Shown: positions 7,730-10,337 of the stretch, piece after piece
Position numbering within the stretch: the stretch's first letter is position 1
Layout: the number at the start of each line of letters is the position of its first letter
Assembly (NCBI RefSeq): GCF_006345805.1
Contig: NW_021827392.1
Span: 1 to 10,337, forward strand
Direction of reading: 5' to 3'
Length of the DNA: 10,337 nt
Source of the DNA: Octopus sinensis
Taxonomy: Eukaryota
Position numbers and translations under genes: made by a program
Notes under the pieces: model-generated
Told to the model about the DNA's origin: nothing
The model's input: only the letters and a program-made list of their open reading frames with translations
Databases searched by the model: none

Positions 7730-8090
7730 TTAGTATTTTATGAAAGAAATAAGAAAATTGAAAAATTGGGAAACAGAAAATAAAAAATGGTGAGGAAAAC
7801 AAAAAAAACGAGAGGAATTGCTAACAGCAGTAGCAACAACAACAATAACAACGACGACGACGACGACTAGAACAAAAAGCGACAACAACAGCAGTAAAAG
7901 GAATAAATAGATGGAGAAGAAACAGAAAAAAGATGGAAGAAAAAAATAACGAAGTCTGCAATTGTGATAGGGACGGCCATTGCGACTGTGATATCGGTCA
8001 TGATGATGCTGAAGCGGCGGAGGCGGAGAAAGAAGGGAAAGTGACAAGGAGGTGGAGGAGGATGGGGAGGAGGAGGAGAAATAGAAGGAG
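7730..8090 (+). repeat. Purine-rich low-complexity tract with short (AAC)n, (GAC)n and (GGA)n runs
   Basis: Strong A/G bias on the + strand; AACAACAAC and GACGACGAC at ~7836-7866, GGAGGAGGA at ~8048-8078. Confidence 0.7.
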
Positions 8091-8135
8091 CAGGATATTA
8101 CTGTTAACTAGTAATGCTTCAACTGATACTGAAAG

Positions 8136-10337
<2,202 letters not shown>

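Overview
Eukaryotic, repeat-dominated window with no recognisable host gene. The tRNA-derived SINE families and dense microsatellites resemble octopus (coleoid cephalopod) DNA; this is inferred from my recollection of these repeats, not from a search. The centre is an apparently full-length, ~5.4 kb L1-group (Tx1-like) non-LTR retrotransposon on the minus strand (2189-~7607). ORF1 has a CCHC zinc knuckle; ORF2 has APE endonuclease, reverse transcriptase and a C-terminal zinc finger. Both ORFs are broken mostly by 1-bp indels in homopolymers. The LINE splits the tRNA-like head of a SINE ('SINE-A': head 7612-7642, body 1813-2188) and is flanked by a 12-17 bp target-site duplication. An uninterrupted SINE-A copy (1261-1786) shows the empty site. 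A different SINE ('SINE-B', 102-332, 16-bp TSD) has a 3' tail matching the last ~60 nt of this LINE (20/21-nt block, GCC-N5-GGC hairpin, same terminal GAAATA). The window therefore suggests a three-party system: a Tx1-like LINE that may target one SINE family and may mobilise another. The last 2.2 kb is a (GAT)n array with zoned variant repeats; its poly-Asp and poly-Met ORFs are judged artefacts.
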